A stretch of 63,802 nucleotides of DNA, the filler included, from Licmophora abbreviata (Eukaryota), in the NCBI GenBank assembly GCA_900291995.1. It is 20 parts of 20 records of this genome, joined end to end, with 100 filler letters (N's around TTAATTAATTAA, not from the genome) between each part and the next. Parts side by side here need not be neighbours in the genome. Positions count along the whole stretch, not along the records: positions 8,857 to 10,664 come from OLMU01004555.1; positions 10,765 to 12,881 come from OLMU01004556.1; positions 12,982 to 19,657 come from OLMU01004557.1; positions 19,758 to 25,214 come from OLMU01004558.1; 16 more parts are not named here. The stretch is one strand, 5' to 3'. This document shows positions 10,635-22,157 of the stretch, one piece after another (positions within the stretch are counted from its first letter, which is position 1; each line of letters begins with the position of its first letter). The notes beneath the pieces are model-generated. The model had not been told where the DNA came from and made no database searches. It was given only the letters and a program-made list of their open reading frames with translations. The translations under genes were made by a program, and so were the position numbers.

Positions 10635-10654
10635 CACAACACCAGGAGGCCATC

Positions 10655-10664
10655 ATGGCAAAGG
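10655..10664 (+). CDS. tuf: Start of EF-Tu (remainder missing from the assembly)
   Basis: AGGAGG RBS, ATG GCA AAG G (MAKE/A) directly after fusA and before rpsJ. Confidence 0.7.
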
Positions 10665-10864
10665 NNNNNNNNNNNNNNNNNNNNNNNNNNNNNNNNNNNN
10701 NNNNNNNNTTAATTAATTAANNNNNNNNNNNNNNNNNNNNNNNNNNNNNNNNNNNNNNNNNNNNTGAAGGCCCCGGGCTTCGGTCCGGGGCAAGGGTTCG
10801 AAGAGGGGGGCCGGATGATCCGGCCTTCCTCCTATCAACTCCAACGCCGTGAAAGGCCAGACTG

Positions 10865-11173
10865 ATGCAAAGTCAAAATATTCGCATTCGGCTCAAGGCA
10901 TTCGATTACCGTGTTCTGGACGCCAGTACGCAGGAAATCGTGAATACTGCCAAGCGTACGGGTGCAGAGGTGCGCGGGCCGATCCCGCTGCCCAACAAGA
11001 TCGAAAAGTTCACCGTCCTTCGCGGACCGCATGTGAACAAGAAGTCCCGCGATCAGTTCGAGATCCGGACGCACAAGCGTCTGCTCGACATCGTGGATCC
11101 GACACCGCAGACCGTGGACGCGCTGATGAAGCTCGACCTGGCCGCCGGCGTCGACGTTCAGATTTCGGTTTAA
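10865..11173 (+). CDS. rpsJ: 30S ribosomal protein S10
   Basis: IRIRLKAFD...GPIPLP...[10 protein letters not shown]. Confidence 0.98.
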   Translation: MQSQNIRIRLKAFDYRVLDASTQEIVNTAKRTGAEVRGPIPLPNKIEKFTVLRGPHVNKKSRDQFEIRTHKRLLDIVDPTPQTVDALMKLDLAAGVDVQISV

Positions 11174-11186
11174 GGAGGGCAAGGTG

Positions 11187-12017
11187 ATGTTGCGCTCTGG
11201 TGTCATCGCAAAGAAAGTCGGCATGACCCGGCTTTTCATGGAAGACGGCCGGCAGGTTCCGGTGACCGTTCTTCAACTCGACAAGCTGCAGGTCGTTGCC
11301 CAACGCACGCCCGAGAAGGATGGCTACACGGCTGTCCAACTGGGTGCAGGCTCGATCAAGGCCAAGCGGGTGTCGCAGCCCATGCGCGGCCATTTCGCGT
11401 CCGCCAAGGTTGAACCCAAGCGGAAAATCGCGGAATTCCGCGTTGCTCCCGAGAACATGATCAATGTCGGTGAAGAAATCACCGCGGATCATTATTTCGC
11501 GGGTCAGTTTGTGGATGTCTGCGGCACTTCGATCGGTAAGGGCTTCGCGGGGGCCATGAAGCGGCACAACTTCAAGGGTCTGGAAATGACCCATGGTGTG
11601 TCGATCAGCCACCGTTCGCACGGCTCGACCGGCCAGTGTCAGGATCCGGGCAAGGTGTTCAAGGGCAAGAAGATGGCCGGCCATATGGGTGCCGCCCGTG
11701 TCACGACCCAGAACCTGCAGGTCGTCAAGACCGACGCAGACCGCGGTCTGATCATGGTCAAGGGCGCTGTTCCGGGCTCGAAAGGTGGTTGGGTGACGAT
11801 CAAGGATGCGGTCAAGAAGCCGTTCCCTGAAAACGCGATCCTGCCCGCCGCGCTGAAATCGGCCGCTGACGAGGCCGCGAAGGCCGCCGAGGAAGCCGCC
11901 GCACAGGCCGCCGCCGAGGAAGCCGCCGCAGCTGAAGCGGCAGCCGCCGAACAGGCAGCTGAAGAAGCCGCCGCCGAAGCCGAGGCCGAGGCCGATAAGA
12001 AGGAAGGCGAAGAATGA
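11187..12017 (+). CDS. rplC: 50S ribosomal protein L3 with Ala/Glu-rich C-terminal tail
   Basis: [37 protein letters not shown]. Confidence 0.98.
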   Translation: MLRSGVIAKKVGMTRLFMEDGRQVPVTVLQLDKLQVVAQRTPEKDGYTAVQLGAGSIKAKRVSQPMRGHFASAKVEPKRKIAEFRVAPENMINVGEEITADHYFAGQFVDVCGTSIGKGFAGAMKRHNFKGLEMTHGVSISHRSHGSTGQCQDPGKVFKGKKMAGHMGAARVTTQNLQVVKTDADRGLIMVKGAVPGSKGGWVTIKDAVKKPFPENAILPAALKSAADEAAKAAEEAAAQAAAEEAAAAEAAAAEQAAEEAAAEAEAEADKKEGEE

Positions 12018-12631
12018 AACTCGACGTGATCAAACTGGACGGTGGCAAGGCCGGCTCGGTCGATCTGGGCGAAGACATCTTCGGCCTGGATCCGCGCGCC
12101 GATATCCTGCATCGCGTGGTCCGCTGGCAGCGCAACAAGGCGCAGCAGGGGACACACAAGGTCAAGACCCGGTCGGAAACCAGCTATTCCACCAAGAAGA
12201 TCTATCGCCAGAAGGGCACCGGCGGCGCACGTCACGGTGACCGGAACGCGCCGATCTTCCGCAAGGGCGGCATCTACAAGGGTCCGACACCGCGCAGCCA
12301 TGCGCATGATCTGCCCAAGAAGGTCCGCATGCTGGGTCTCAAGCACGCCCTGAGCGCCAAGGCGAAAGCCGGCGAGCTGGTCGTTCTGGATGCAGCGACA
12401 TCGGATGGCAAAACCGGCGCTCTGGCCAAGCAGATCAAGGATCTGGGCTGGAAGCGCGTGCTGATCATCGACGGCGCCGAGGTGAACGCGGATTTCGCGC
12501 GCGCAGCGGCCAATATCGAAGGTGTCGATGTGCTGCCGTCGATGGGTGCAAATGTCTATGATATCCTCAAGCGTGACACCCTGGTGATCACGAAGGCGGG
12601 TGTCGAAGCACTGGAGGCTCGTCTGAAATGA
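12014..12631 (+). CDS. rplD: 50S ribosomal protein L4
   Basis: [22 protein letters not shown]. Confidence 0.98.
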   Translation: MKLDVIKLDGGKAGSVDLGEDIFGLDPRADILHRVVRWQRNKAQQGTHKVKTRSETSYSTKKIYRQKGTGGARHGDRNAPIFRKGGIYKGPTPRSHAHDLPKKVRMLGLKHALSAKAKAGELVVLDAATSDGKTGALAKQIKDLGWKRVLIIDGAEVNADFARAAANIEGVDVLPSMGANVYDILKRDTLVITKAGVEALEARLK

Positions 12632-13005
12632 GCGCGAAACCCGAACATTACGATGTGATCCGCAAGCCGGTGATCACCGAGAAGGCCACGATGGCGTCCG
12701 AAAACGGCGCGGTTGTCTTCGAGGTGCACATGGACGCCAACAAGCCGCAGATCAGGGAAGCCGTCGAGGCGCTCTTTGGTGTGAAGGTCAAGGCGGTCAA
12801 CACCACGATCACCAAGGGCAAGCAGAAGCGCTTCCGTGGCCGTCTCGGCCGCCGGAACGATGTCAAGAAAGCTTATGTGACNNNNNNNNNNNNNNNNNNN
12901 NNNNNNNNNNNNNNNNNNNNNNNNNTTAATTAATTAANNNNNNNNNNNNNNNNNNNNNNNNNNNNNNNNNNNNNNNNNNNNATCGACGTGACCACAGGTC
13001 TCTGA
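12628..13005 (+). CDS. rplW: 50S ribosomal protein L23, split by linker
   Basis: PVITEKA, KKAYV; C-terminal IDVTTGL* after the gap. Confidence 0.95.
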
Positions 13006-13166
13006 TAGGAAACCGCGACTCGCGTGGCCCCGGGCATTTCCCGGGGCCACGGTTTTTGAACCGGGGACCTTTGGGGCCCTATAATACTGGCCACCTTCGG
13101 GGGGCTTAACCATAGGCGGAATTGCCTCAACGGGCGGCCGCCGTTAGCAAACGGAAGACAGAAAGC

Positions 13167-14009
13167 ATGGCACTCAAGTCGTATAAGCCGACGACGCCGG
13201 GCCAGCGCGGGCTGGTGCTGATCGACCGTTCGGAGCTGTGGAAAGGACGTCCTGTCAAGGCCCTCACCGAGGGTCTGACCAAGTCGGGCGGCCGTAACAA
13301 CACCGGACGGATTACCTCGCGTCGTCGCGGGGGTGGGGCGAAACGCCTCTATCGCGTCGTTGATTTCAAGCGCAATAAATTCGATATGACGGCCACCGTC
13401 GAGCGGATCGAGTATGACCCGAACCGGACGGCCTTCATTGCGCTAGTCAAGTATGAAGATGGCGAACAGTCCTATGTTCTTGCGCCGCAGCGTCTGGCTG
13501 TGGGTGACAAGATCGTGGCGGGCGCCAAGGTCGACATCAAGCCGGGCAACTGCATGCCGTTCTCGGGCATGCCGATCGGCACGATCGTTCACAACATCGA
13601 GCTGAAGCCGGGCAAGGGTGGTCAGATCGCACGCGCCGCGGGCACATACGCCCAGTTTGTCGGTCGTGATGGCGGCTACGCTCAGATCCGTCTGAGCTCG
13701 GGCGAGCTGCGCATGGTCCGTCAGGAGTGCAAGGCTACTGTCGGGGCCGTGTCGAACCCCGACAACTCCAACCAGAACTTCGGCAAGGCCGGGCGCATGC
13801 GCCACTACGGCAAGCGGCCGTCTGTTCGCGGTGTCGTGATGAACCCGATCGATCACCCGCATGGTGGTGGTGAGGGCCGGACCTCGGGTGGTCGTCACCC
13901 GGTCACGCCTTGGGGCAAGCCCACCAAGGGCGCGCGCACCCGCAACACCAACAAGGCGTCGCAGAAGCTTATCCTGCGCTCGCGTCACGCCAAGAAGAAG
14001 GGCCGCTAA
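13167..14009 (+). CDS. rplB: 50S ribosomal protein L2
   Basis: [29 protein letters not shown]. Confidence 0.98.
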   Translation: MALKSYKPTTPGQRGLVLIDRSELWKGRPVKALTEGLTKSGGRNNTGRITSRRRGGGAKRLYRVVDFKRNKFDMTATVERIEYDPNRTAFIALVKYEDGEQSYVLAPQRLAVGDKIVAGAKVDIKPGNCMPFSGMPIGTIVHNIELKPGKGGQIARAAGTYAQFVGRDGGYAQIRLSSGELRMVRQECKATVGAVSNPDNSNQNFGKAGRMRHYGKRPSVRGVVMNPIDHPHGGGEGRTSGGRHPVTPWGKPTKGARTRNTNKASQKLILRSRHAKKKGR

Positions 14010-14012
14010 GAC

Positions 14013-14291
14013 ATGGCACGTTCTGTATGGAAGGGCCCGTTCGTCGATGCTTACGTCCTGAAAAAGGCCGAGGCAACGCGCGAAAGCGGGCGTAATGAAG
14101 TCATCAAGATCTGGTCGCGCCGGTCGACGATCCTGCCCCAGTTCGTGGGTCTGACGTTCGGCGTCTATAACGGGCACAAGCATGTCCCCGTCAACGTAAC
14201 CGAAGACATGATCGGTCAGAAATTCGGTGAATATTCGCCGACCCGTACCTATTACGGGCACGCGGCCGACAAAAAAGCGAAGCGGAAGTAA
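14013..14291 (+). CDS. rpsS: 30S ribosomal protein S19
   Basis: [15 protein letters not shown]. Confidence 0.98.
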   Translation: MARSVWKGPFVDAYVLKKAEATRESGRNEVIKIWSRRSTILPQFVGLTFGVYNGHKHVPVNVTEDMIGQKFGEYSPTRTYYGHAADKKAKRK

Positions 14292-14294
14292 GTC

Positions 14295-14675
14295 ATGGGC
14301 AAGGAAAAGAACCCCCGCCGCGTGGCAGACAACGAAGCGATGGCAAAACTGCGCATGCTTCGCACCAGCCCGCAGAAACTCAACCTCGTGGCCGCGATGA
14401 TCCGTGGCAAGAAGGTAGACAAGGCGCTCAACGATCTGACCTTTTCGAAAAAGCGGATCGCCGACGATGTGCGCAAATGCCTTCAGTCCGCGATCGCCAA
14501 TGCCGAGAACAACCACAACCTCGATGTGGACGAGCTGATCGTCGCCGAGGCTTATGTGGGCAAGAATCTGGTCATGAAGCGGGGCCGCCCCCGCGCCCGT
14601 GGCCGGTTCGGCGCACTACGCAAGCCGTTCTCGGAACTGACGATCAAAGTGCGTCAAATTGAGGAGCAAGCCTAA
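14295..14675 (+). CDS. rplV: 50S ribosomal protein L22
   Basis: [24 protein letters not shown]. Confidence 0.98.
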   Translation: MGKEKNPRRVADNEAMAKLRMLRTSPQKLNLVAAMIRGKKVDKALNDLTFSKKRIADDVRKCLQSAIANAENNHNLDVDELIVAEAYVGKNLVMKRGRPRARGRFGALRKPFSELTIKVRQIEEQA

Positions 14676-15382
14676 TGGGTAACAAAGTCAATCCGATTGG
14701 CATGCGCCTTCAGGTGAACCGCACCTGGGACAGCCGCTGGTATGCCGACACGAAGGATTACGGGAATCTTCTGTTGGAAGACCTCAAGATCCGCGACTTC
14801 ATCGAGAAAGAGTGCAAGCAGGCCGGCATCAGCCGTGTGATCATCGAACGTCCGCACAAGAAGTGCCGCGTCACGATCCACACCGCGCGTCCCGGTGTCA
14901 TCATCGGCAAGAAAGGCGCGGATATCGAAGGTCTCCGCAAGAAGCTTGCCCGGATGACCGATAGCGAGCTGCACCTCAACATCGTCGAGGTCCGCAAGCC
15001 CGAGCTGGACGCTGCACTGGTCGCCGAGTCGATCGCGCAGCAGCTCGAGCGCCGCGTGTCGTTCCGTCGCGCGATGAAGCGTTCGGTTCAGAATGCCATG
15101 CGAATGGGCGCTCTTGGTATCCGGGTGAACGTTTCGGGCCGTCTTGGCGGCGCTGAAATCGCCCGTACCGAATGGTATCGCGAGGGTCGCGTGCCCCTGC
15201 ATACCCTGCGGGCCGACATCGACTATGCCCACAAGGAGGCCGTGACGCCCTATGGCATCATTGGCGTCAAGGTATGGATCTTCAAGGGTGAGATCATGGA
15301 GCACGATCCCAGTGCACGTGACCGCAAAGCCCAGGAACTCCAGGATGGTCCCGCGCCTCGTGGCGCCGGCGGCCGTCGCTGA
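14675..15382 (+). CDS. rpsC: 30S ribosomal protein S3
   Basis: [28 protein letters not shown]. Confidence 0.98.
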   Translation: MGNKVNPIGMRLQVNRTWDSRWYADTKDYGNLLLEDLKIRDFIEKECKQAGISRVIIERPHKKCRVTIHTARPGVIIGKKGADIEGLRKKLARMTDSELHLNIVEVRKPELDAALVAESIAQQLERRVSFRRAMKRSVQNAMRMGALGIRVNVSGRLGGAEIARTEWYREGRVPLHTLRADIDYAHKEAVTPYGIIGVKVWIFKGEIMEHDPSARDRKAQELQDGPAPRGAGGRR

Positions 15383-15395
15383 GGAGGAATGACAG

Positions 15396-15809
15396 ATGCT
15401 TCAACCAAAGCGCACTAAATTCCGCAAGCAGCACAAGGGCCGGATCCACGGCGTCGCCAAAGGCGGGTCGGATCTCAACTTCGGCACCTTCGGTCTGAAA
15501 GCGGCCCAGCCGGAGCGCGTCACCGCGCGCCAGATCGAGGCAGCACGTCGTGCCATGACGCGTCACATGAAGCGTCAGGGCCGTGTCTGGATCCGTATCT
15601 TCCCGGATACGCCTGTCACCTCGAAGCCCACCGAAGTTCGGATGGGTAAAGGTAAGGGTTCGGTCGATTTCTGGGCCTGCCGCGTCAAACCGGGCCGGAT
15701 CATGTTCGAGATCGACGGCGTCAGTGAGACCATCGCCAAAGAGGCCCTGCGTCTTGCCGCGATGAAGCTGCCGATCAAGACCCGGATCGTGGTTCGCGAG
15801 GACTGGTAA
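15396..15809 (+). CDS. rplP: 50S ribosomal protein L16
   Basis: [18 protein letters not shown]. Confidence 0.98.
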   Translation: MLQPKRTKFRKQHKGRIHGVAKGGSDLNFGTFGLKAAQPERVTARQIEAARRAMTRHMKRQGRVWIRIFPDTPVTSKPTEVRMGKGKGSVDFWACRVKPGRIMFEIDGVSETIAKEALRLAAMKLPIKTRIVVREDW

Positions 15810-15849
15810 GGGCCGGGGGTTACCCCGTCCGACAGGTCCGACTGAAAAG

Positions 15850-15883
15850 AAAGCCCCTGCCACAGGTGTGGTGGGGGCTTTTT
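15850..15883 (+). terminator. Probable terminator after rplP
   Basis: AAAGCCCCTGCCAC/GTGGTGGGGGCTTT stem with T tract. Confidence 0.55.
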
Positions 15884-15947
15884 GGTCCGGGGTGCGCCCT
15901 TGCGTGGGGCCAAAGGCGTTACGAGGCAAGAAAAACAAGACTCCCCC

Positions 15948-15976
15948 TTGCCCTGATATCCCGCGTCCCGTATAGA
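15948..15976 (+). promoter_or_regulatory. Putative sigma70 promoter for rpmC onward
   Basis: TTGCCC-N17-TATAGA after the terminator. Confidence 0.45.
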
Positions 15977-16099
15977 GCCGCAATCCACGACGCCCCGTTG
16001 GACGGGGATTCGTGCATTTGCAATTTATCCACCAGGTCTCGGGTTACCCTGAACCAACCGTCAGGGGCTTACTGGTGTATTGAGGAAGGAACCGGCGAC

Positions 16100-16306
16100 A
16101 TGAACGCCAGCGAATTGAGAGACAAGACCCCCGATCAGCTGCGCGAGCAGTTGAACGAGCTGAAGAAAGAGCAGTTCAACCTGCGCTTTCAGGCCGCCAC
16201 CGGGCAACTTGAGAATCCGTCCAGGATGAAAATCGCCCGCCGCAATGCGGCTCGTGTGCTGACCATCCTGAACGAAAAGGCCGCGAATGCGGCCAACGCA
16301 GAATAA
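16100..16306 (+). CDS. rpmC: 50S ribosomal protein L29
   Basis: [23 protein letters not shown]. Confidence 0.97.
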   Translation: MNASELRDKTPDQLREQLNELKKEQFNLRFQAATGQLENPSRMKIARRNAARVLTILNEKAANAANAE

Positions 16307-16321
16307 GGGAGGCCTTGAGTT

Positions 16322-16552
16322 ATGCCCAAACGTATCCTTCAAGGCACCGTGACCAGCGACGCCAACGAACAGACTGTCACCGTCTCGGTCGAGCGCCGCT
16401 TCACGCATCCTGTTCTGAAGAAAACCATCCGCAAGTCCAAGAAATACCGGGCTCACGATGAAAAGAACGCATTCAAGGTCGGCGATACAGTCCGGATCAT
16501 CGAATGCGCGCCGAAGTCGAAAACGAAACGCTGGGAGGTTATCGCAAACTAA
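16322..16552 (+). CDS. rpsQ: 30S ribosomal protein S17
   Basis: [16 protein letters not shown]. Confidence 0.97.
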   Translation: MPKRILQGTVTSDANEQTVTVSVERRFTHPVLKKTIRKSKKYRAHDEKNAFKVGDTVRIIECAPKSKTKRWEVIAN

Positions 16553-16615
16553 GCGGTAACCTGACAGTTTGATCGAAACCCTGGGGTCGTTACCCCAAAG
16601 GTCGGGAGAAACCAT

Positions 16616-16984
16616 ATGATCCAGATGCAGACCAATCTGGATGTCGCTGACAACTCCGGTGCTCGCCGGGTTCAGTGCATCAAGGTTCTGGGTGGTTCCA
16701 AGCGCAGATATGCGTCGGTGGGCGACATCATTGTCGTCTCCGTCAAGGAAGCCATCCCGCGCGGTCGCGTGAAGAAGGGTGATGTCCGCAAGGCCGTCGT
16801 CGTGCGCACCGCCAAGGAAGTCCGCCGCGAAGATGGCACCGCCATCCGCTTTGACCGCAACGCGGCCGTTATCCTCAACAACAACAATGAACCTGTCGGC
16901 ACCCGTATCTTCGGGCCGGTGGTGCGCGAGCTGCGCGCCAAGAAGTTCATGAAAATCATCTCGCTCGCCCCGGAGGTGCTGTAA
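16616..16984 (+). CDS. rplN: 50S ribosomal protein L14
   Basis: [24 protein letters not shown]. Confidence 0.98.
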   Translation: MIQMQTNLDVADNSGARRVQCIKVLGGSKRRYASVGDIIVVSVKEAIPRGRVKKGDVRKAVVVRTAKEVRREDGTAIRFDRNAAVILNNNNEPVGTRIFGPVVRELRAKKFMKIISLAPEVL

Positions 16985-16985
16985 G

Positions 16986-17297
16986 ATGGCTGCGAAACTC
17001 AAGAAGGGCGACAAGGTGATCGTTCTTGCCGGTAAAGACAAAGGCAAGGAAGGCACGATCCTGTCCGTGAACCCCAAGGCCGGCAAGGCCGTGGTTGACG
17101 GCGTCAACGTCGCGATCCGCCACACCAAGCAAAGCCAGACCAGCCAGGGGGGCCGCATTCCGACTGCGCTGCCCATCGACCTGAGCAATCTGGCCCTCCT
17201 CGACAAGAACGGCAAACCGACCCGTGTTGGCTTCAAGACCGAAGGCGACAAGAAAGTCCGTTTCGCCAAGACCACGGGGGACGTGATCGATGCTTGA
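16986..17297 (+). CDS. rplX: 50S ribosomal protein L24
   Basis: KOW motif [16 protein letters not shown]. Confidence 0.97.
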   Translation: MAAKLKKGDKVIVLAGKDKGKEGTILSVNPKAGKAVVDGVNVAIRHTKQSQTSQGGRIPTALPIDLSNLALLDKNGKPTRVGFKTEGDKKVRFAKTTGDVIDA

Positions 17298-17853
17298 TAG
17301 CGCAAAATACACCCCGCGCCTGCGTCAGCAGTATCGCGACGTCATCCGACCCACTCTGAAGGAAGAGTTCGGTTACACCAATGACATGCAGCTCCCGCGT
17401 CTGGACAAGATCGTCCTGAACATCGGCTGCGGTGCCGAGGCGGTCCGTGATTCCAAGAAAGCCAAGTCGGCTCAGGAAGATCTGACCATGATCGCAGGCC
17501 AGCGTGCCGTGATTACCAAGGCAAAGAACTCCATCGCCGGCTTCCGCGTTCGCGAAGGCATGCCGATGGGCGCCAAGGTCACGCTGCGCGGCGACCGCAT
17601 GTACGATTTCCTGGATCGTCTGGTCACGATCGCCATGCCCCGCATCCGCGACTTCCGTGGTATTTCGGGCAAGTCCTTCGATGGTCGCGGCAACTATGCC
17701 ATGGGCATCAAGGAGCACATCGTGTTCCCCGAGATCGAGTATGACAAGGTCGACGAGGTTTGGGGCCTGGACATCATCATTGGCACCACGGCGGCCACCG
17801 ACGCTGAAGCAAAGGCACTGTTGAAAGCTTTCAACATGCCCTTCAACAGCTGA
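17290..17853 (+). CDS. rplE: 50S ribosomal protein L5
   Basis: [26 protein letters not shown]. Confidence 0.98.
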   Translation: MLDSAKYTPRLRQQYRDVIRPTLKEEFGYTNDMQLPRLDKIVLNIGCGAEAVRDSKKAKSAQEDLTMIAGQRAVITKAKNSIAGFRVREGMPMGAKVTLRGDRMYDFLDRLVTIAMPRIRDFRGISGKSFDGRGNYAMGIKEHIVFPEIEYDKVDEVWGLDIIIGTTAATDAEAKALLKAFNMPFNS

Positions 17854-17871
17854 TCGCGGGAGAAAAGAGAT

Positions 17872-18177
17872 ATGGCTAAAAAAGCAATGATCGAGCGCGA
17901 GAAGAAGCGTCAGCGTCTGGTGCAGAAATATGCCACCAAGCGTGCTGCTCTCAAAGAGATCATCAGTGACGAAAGCAAGCCGATGGAAGAGCGTTTTCGC
18001 GCTTCCTTGAAGCTGGCGGAACTGCCCCGTAACAGCTCGGCGACACGGTTGCATAACCGTTGCCAGCTGACCGGTCGCCCGCATGCTTATTATCGCAAAC
18101 TCAAAGTGTCGCGGATCGCCCTGCGCGAGCTTGGTTCGAATGGCCAAGCCCCCGGCATGGTGAAATCGAGCTGGTAA
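17872..18177 (+). CDS. rpsN: 30S ribosomal protein S14 (long, Zn-independent type)
   Basis: [18 protein letters not shown]; 101 aa. Confidence 0.97.
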   Translation: MAKKAMIEREKKRQRLVQKYATKRAALKEIISDESKPMEERFRASLKLAELPRNSSATRLHNRCQLTGRPHAYYRKLKVSRIALRELGSNGQAPGMVKSSW

Positions 18178-18189
18178 GGAGGACGGAAA

Positions 18190-18582
18190 ATGAACGATCC
18201 TATCGGCGATATGCTTACCCGCATCCGCAACGCAGGTATGCGCGGCAAGTCCACCGTCTCGTGCCCGGCCTCGAAGCTGCGGTGCTGGGTTCTGGATGTG
18301 CTGGCTGACGAAGGCTATATCCGCGGCTATGAAAAGATGACCGGTGCAAACGGTCATCCGGCCCTGGAAATCAGCCTGAAATACTTCGAAGGCGCCCCCG
18401 CCATTCGCGAAATGAAGCGGGTCTCCAAACCCGGTCGTCGCGTCTATATGGGCGTCAAGGACATTCCGTCGGTCCGTCAGGGCCTTGGCGTGTCGATTGT
18501 CTCCACCCCGCAGGGTGTGATGTCGGATGCCGCTGCGCGCGCTGCCAATGTTGGTGGCGAGGTGCTCTGCACCGTATTCTAA
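18190..18582 (+). CDS. rpsH: 30S ribosomal protein S8
   Basis: [27 protein letters not shown]. Confidence 0.98.
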   Translation: MNDPIGDMLTRIRNAGMRGKSTVSCPASKLRCWVLDVLADEGYIRGYEKMTGANGHPALEISLKYFEGAPAIREMKRVSKPGRRVYMGVKDIPSVRQGLGVSIVSTPQGVMSDAAARAANVGGEVLCTVF

Positions 18583-18593
18583 GGAGGTCGGAC

Positions 18594-19127
18594 ATGTCTC
18601 GTATCGGAAAACAACCCGTGGCTCTGCCCGATGGCGTCACCGCCTCCATTTCGGGTCAGACACTGGAAATCAAAGGCCCGAAGGACAGCAAGTCCTTCAC
18701 CGCGACCGACGATGTCACCATCGCGGTCGAGGATGGGCAGGTCACCGTCACGCCGCGCGGCAAGTCCAAGCGGGCGCGCCAGCAATGGGGCATGACGCGC
18801 ACCGTCATCGCCAACATGGTGCATGGTGCCAAGGAAACTTTCAAGAAAGAGCTTGAAATCAACGGCGTGGGCTACCGGGCGCAGATGCAGGGCAATACCC
18901 TGAAGCTGAACCTCGGCTATTCGCATGATGTGGATTTCGAAGTTCCGGAAGGTGTGACTGTCACGGCGACCAAGCCCACCGAACTGGTGGTTGAGGGCCA
19001 TGACAAGCAGCTCGTCGGACAGGTTGCGGCCAATATCCGTGACTGGCGTCGGCCCGAGCCCTACAAGGGCAAAGGCATTCGCTACAAGGGCGAGTATATC
19101 TTCCAGAAGGAAGGCAAGAAGAAGTAA
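18594..19127 (+). CDS. rplF: 50S ribosomal protein L6
   Basis: [25 protein letters not shown]. Confidence 0.98.
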   Translation: MSRIGKQPVALPDGVTASISGQTLEIKGPKDSKSFTATDDVTIAVEDGQVTVTPRGKSKRARQQWGMTRTVIANMVHGAKETFKKELEINGVGYRAQMQGNTLKLNLGYSHDVDFEVPEGVTVTATKPTELVVEGHDKQLVGQVAANIRDWRRPEPYKGKGIRYKGEYIFQKEGKKK

Positions 19128-19138
19128 GGACGCGACAG

Positions 19139-19498
19139 ATGGCAAACAGCAAGAGACAACTGTTCCAGAAACGCCGCCTGCGCGTTCGGAACAAACTTCG
19201 CAAGGTCAATGCAGGGCGCGTGCGCCTCAGCGTTCACCGCTCCAACAAGAACCTCAGCGTTCAGCTGATCGACGACGTGAACGGCGTAACGCTGGCCGCG
19301 GCATCGACGCTGGAAAAGGACCTTGGTTTCCTGGGCAAGAACACGCTCGAGGCGGCCGCCAAGATCGGCGCCACCATCGCCGAACGTGCCAAGAGGGCCG
19401 GGATTACCGAAGCCCAGTTCGATCGTGGTGGGTTTTTGTTTCATGGCCGTGTCAAAGCCGTGGCGGATGCCGCGCGCGAGGCCGGGCTGAAGATCTAA
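19139..19498 (+). CDS. rplR: 50S ribosomal protein L18
   Basis: [21 protein letters not shown]. Confidence 0.98.
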   Translation: MANSKRQLFQKRRLRVRNKLRKVNAGRVRLSVHRSNKNLSVQLIDDVNGVTLAAASTLEKDLGFLGKNTLEAAAKIGATIAERAKRAGITEAQFDRGGFLFHGRVKAVADAAREAGLKI

Positions 19499-19617
19499 AG
19501 TGCAGAGGGCCGGTCCCCCGGCCCTCTCGATGATCCGGGTGTCGGCCATCGTGCAGGCACACCAGAGATCGGAACAGACTGAAGGTGCCGCAGGGTGCCA
19601 CATGGAAAGGATGCCAC

Positions 19618-20277
19618 ATGGCAAGAGATGACAATCGCCGTGACCGTCGCGACCGCGNNNNNNNNNNNNNNNNNNNNNNNNNNNNNNNNNNNNNNNNNNN
19701 NTTAATTAATTAANNNNNNNNNNNNNNNNNNNNNNNNNNNNNNNNNNNNNNNNNNNNAACTCCGGAATTCGCCGATCGTCTCGTCGCGATCAACCGCGTG
19801 TCGAAAACCGTCAAGGGCGGTAAGCGCTTCGGTTTTGCGGCGCTGGTGGTCGTGGGCGATCAAAAGGGCCGTGTCGGCTTCGGCAAAGGCAAGGCCAAAG
19901 AGGTGCCCGAGGCGATCCGCAAGGCAACCGAGCAGGCCAAGCGCCAGATGATCCGTGTGCCCCTTCGCGAAGGCCGCACCCTGCATCATGATGGCCATGG
20001 CCGTCACGGTGCCGGTAAGGTCGTGATGCGCACGGCTCCGCAAGGTACCGGTATCATCGCCGGTGGTCCGATGCGCGCCGTATTCGAGATGTTGGGTGTT
20101 CAGGACGTGGTGGCAAAGTCTATCGGGTCGCAAAACCCCTACAACATGATCCGCGCCACGCTGAACGCGCTTCAGTTCCAGGCCAGCCCCCGCATGGTGG
20201 CACAGCGCCGTGGCAAGAAGGTCGTCGATATCCTCAAGAAGGACGAGGCGCCCGTCAAGGAAGCCGCGGAAGCGTAA
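19618..20277 (+). CDS. rpsE: 30S ribosomal protein S5, split by linker
   Basis: [13 protein letters not shown]...[24 protein letters not shown]. Confidence 0.96.
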
Positions 20278-20289
20278 GGAGACAAGCAC

Positions 20290-20478
20290 ATGGCAAAGAC
20301 CATCGTAGTCAAACAGATCGGCTCGCCGATCCGTCGCCCGGAAAAGCAGCGCCAGACGCTGATCGGCCTGGGCCTCAATAAAATGCACAGAACCCGCGAG
20401 CTTGAAGACACTCCTGCCGTACGCGGCATGGTCAACAAGATCCCGCATCTCGTGAAGATCATCGAAGAAAAAGGCTGA
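20290..20478 (+). CDS. rpmD: 50S ribosomal protein L30
   Basis: [24 protein letters not shown]. Confidence 0.97.
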   Translation: MAKTIVVKQIGSPIRRPEKQRQTLIGLGLNKMHRTRELEDTPAVRGMVNKIPHLVKIIEEKG

Positions 20479-20516
20479 AGCTCCGCGGCATCGCGCCTCG
20501 GCTTCGTCAGGAAAGA

Positions 20517-20548
20517 AAACGCCCCGGTCGATATTGGCCGGGGCGTTT
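20517..20548. terminator. Probable bidirectional terminator between rpmD and the vWA gene
   Basis: AAACGCCCCGGTC/GGCCGGGGCGTTT stem flanked by A and T runs. Confidence 0.6.
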
Positions 20549-20619
20549 GTCGTTTGCGCCGGCAAGGCTCTTTCAAGAGCCTTGCCCAAGCGGTTTCGGA
20601 ACCGCTTGGGTGCCCGCGA

Positions 20620-21372
20620 TCAACCTTTGCGCTTGCGGTTTTTCGGCGCTCGGCCCACCACCGTACATCCCAACACCGCCTCCAGCGCCTCGGTCAGTTC
20701 CTCCACGGTCTGCGTGTCGACATAGAGGCCCCCGGTGCGGTCCGACAGGCATTTGGCCACGACCGCGCCGCCGTCATAGGTTTGGGCCTCGGGATTGTCC
20801 CAGGCGAAGGGATCGTATTGCACGCGAAAGCCGATCACATGCACCGTAAGCCCTTCGGCTTGGTCTGCCAGCGCAGTGCCAAGCGCGCAGGGCCGTCCTC
20901 CGCAGGTCTCGTTGCCGTCGGTGACCAGCACCACGATACCTGGCGTGGTCCGGTAATTCAGCGCCTCGGCCGCCGCCTGAACCGACGCGGCCAAGGGCGT
21001 CAACCCGCCCGGGCTCAAGGCACCGACAGCCGCGATGATCGGGCCTGCTGCATCGTCGATCGGTCCAAAGCGCAGATCGATGCCGGAACAGGCGTCGCTC
21101 CCGCCCGGCCCATAGGTCAAAAGACCCACACGGCGCACCATGGCGATCCGTGGCATGGCCTGGGCCAGCGCCGTGCGGGCCTCGTCGATCCGGGTGGGGG
21201 CGGTCGGATCGAAGCCGATCTCGGACATCGAAGCCGACCCGTCCAGCACCAGCATTGCATCGCGCGCACATCCCGTGACCGCGCTCACAGGCGACGTGAG
21301 GGCCAGTGTCAGGACCAGCGCGCCCATGGCGCAAGAGGCCATCCGGGGCAGGGGGTGACAAGGGTGTGTCAT
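20620..21372 (-). CDS. Exported von Willebrand factor A (vWA) domain protein; start uncertain
   Basis: Signal-like [52 protein letters not shown]. Confidence 0.85.
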   Translation of the reverse strand: MTHPCHPLPRMASCAMGALVLTLALTSPVSAVTGCARDAMLVLDGSASMSEIGFDPTAPTRIDEARTALAQAMPRIAMVRRVGLLTYGPGGSDACSGIDLRFGPIDDAAGPIIAAVGALSPGGLTPLAASVQAAAEALNYRTTPGIVVLVTDGNETCGGRPCALGTALADQAEGLTVHVIGFRVQYDPFAWDNPEAQTYDGGAVVAKCLSDRTGGLYVDTQTVEELTEALEAVLGCTVVGRAPKNRKRKG

Positions 21373-21441
21373 AACGTCCAGAAGACCCCGTGTGCGCTGC
21401 GAAATCAATCTCGATATGGTCCTCGGCATGCGGCGTGGGCC

Positions 21442-21470
21442 TTGCAAGCCTCACGTAACCCGTCTATACG
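21442..21470 (+). promoter_or_regulatory. Putative sigma70 promoter for rplO-secY-adk
   Basis: TTGCAA-N17-TATACG. Confidence 0.4.
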
Positions 21471-21573
21471 CCCGCCGGTGGCCTCTTATCGGGGCACGAC
21501 TCAACATATCACGACATGCCGTGGTTGGCCCCATCACGCTTCGGGGGTCACATCCGGCTTCAGGAGAAGCGAC

Positions 21574-22047
21574 ATGAAACTTCACGAACTGCGCGACAAT
21601 CCGGGCGCGACGAAAACCAAGAAACGCGTTGGCCGCGGACCCGGCTCGGGCAAGGGCAAGACCGCTGGCCGCGGTATCAAGGGTCAGAAATCCCGTTCGG
21701 GTGTGGCGATCAAGGGGTTTGAAGGCGGGCAGATGCCCATCTATCAGCGCCTTCCCAAGCGCGGCTTCACCAAGCCGAACCGCAAGAAATACGCCGTCGT
21801 CAACTTGGGCCTGATCCAGAAATTCATCGACGCCAAGAAGATCGACGCCAAGAACCCGATCACCGAGGACGTGCTGGTCGAGTCGGGCCTCGTGCGCCGC
21901 AAACTCGATGGTGTGCGCATTCTGTCGAAGGGCGAGCTGACCACGAAACTGACGCTCGAAGTCACCGGTGCCTCCAAATCGGCGATCGACGCCGTGGAAA
22001 AAGCGGGCGGCTCTCTGACGGTCACAACCGCGCAGGCAGCAGAATAA
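21574..22047 (+). CDS. rplO: 50S ribosomal protein L15
   Basis: [32 protein letters not shown]. Confidence 0.98.
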   Translation: MKLHELRDNPGATKTKKRVGRGPGSGKGKTAGRGIKGQKSRSGVAIKGFEGGQMPIYQRLPKRGFTKPNRKKYAVVNLGLIQKFIDAKKIDAKNPITEDVLVESGLVRRKLDGVRILSKGELTTKLTLEVTGASKSAIDAVEKAGGSLTVTTAQAAE

Positions 22048-22157
22048 GAGGTTGTGAGCGGTGACGTCGCCGCTTACATACCCTTAAGTTTTTCCGAAAA
22101 CGCCGCCTGGGCCGGAAAACGGCTTCGGGCGGCGTTGTCACTTGAAAGAGACCGCGC

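Noticed and set aside
20554..22047. 497-aa apparent N-terminally extended L15
   Set aside because: The extension is the antisense shadow of the vWA gene; the true start is 21574 after AGGAG
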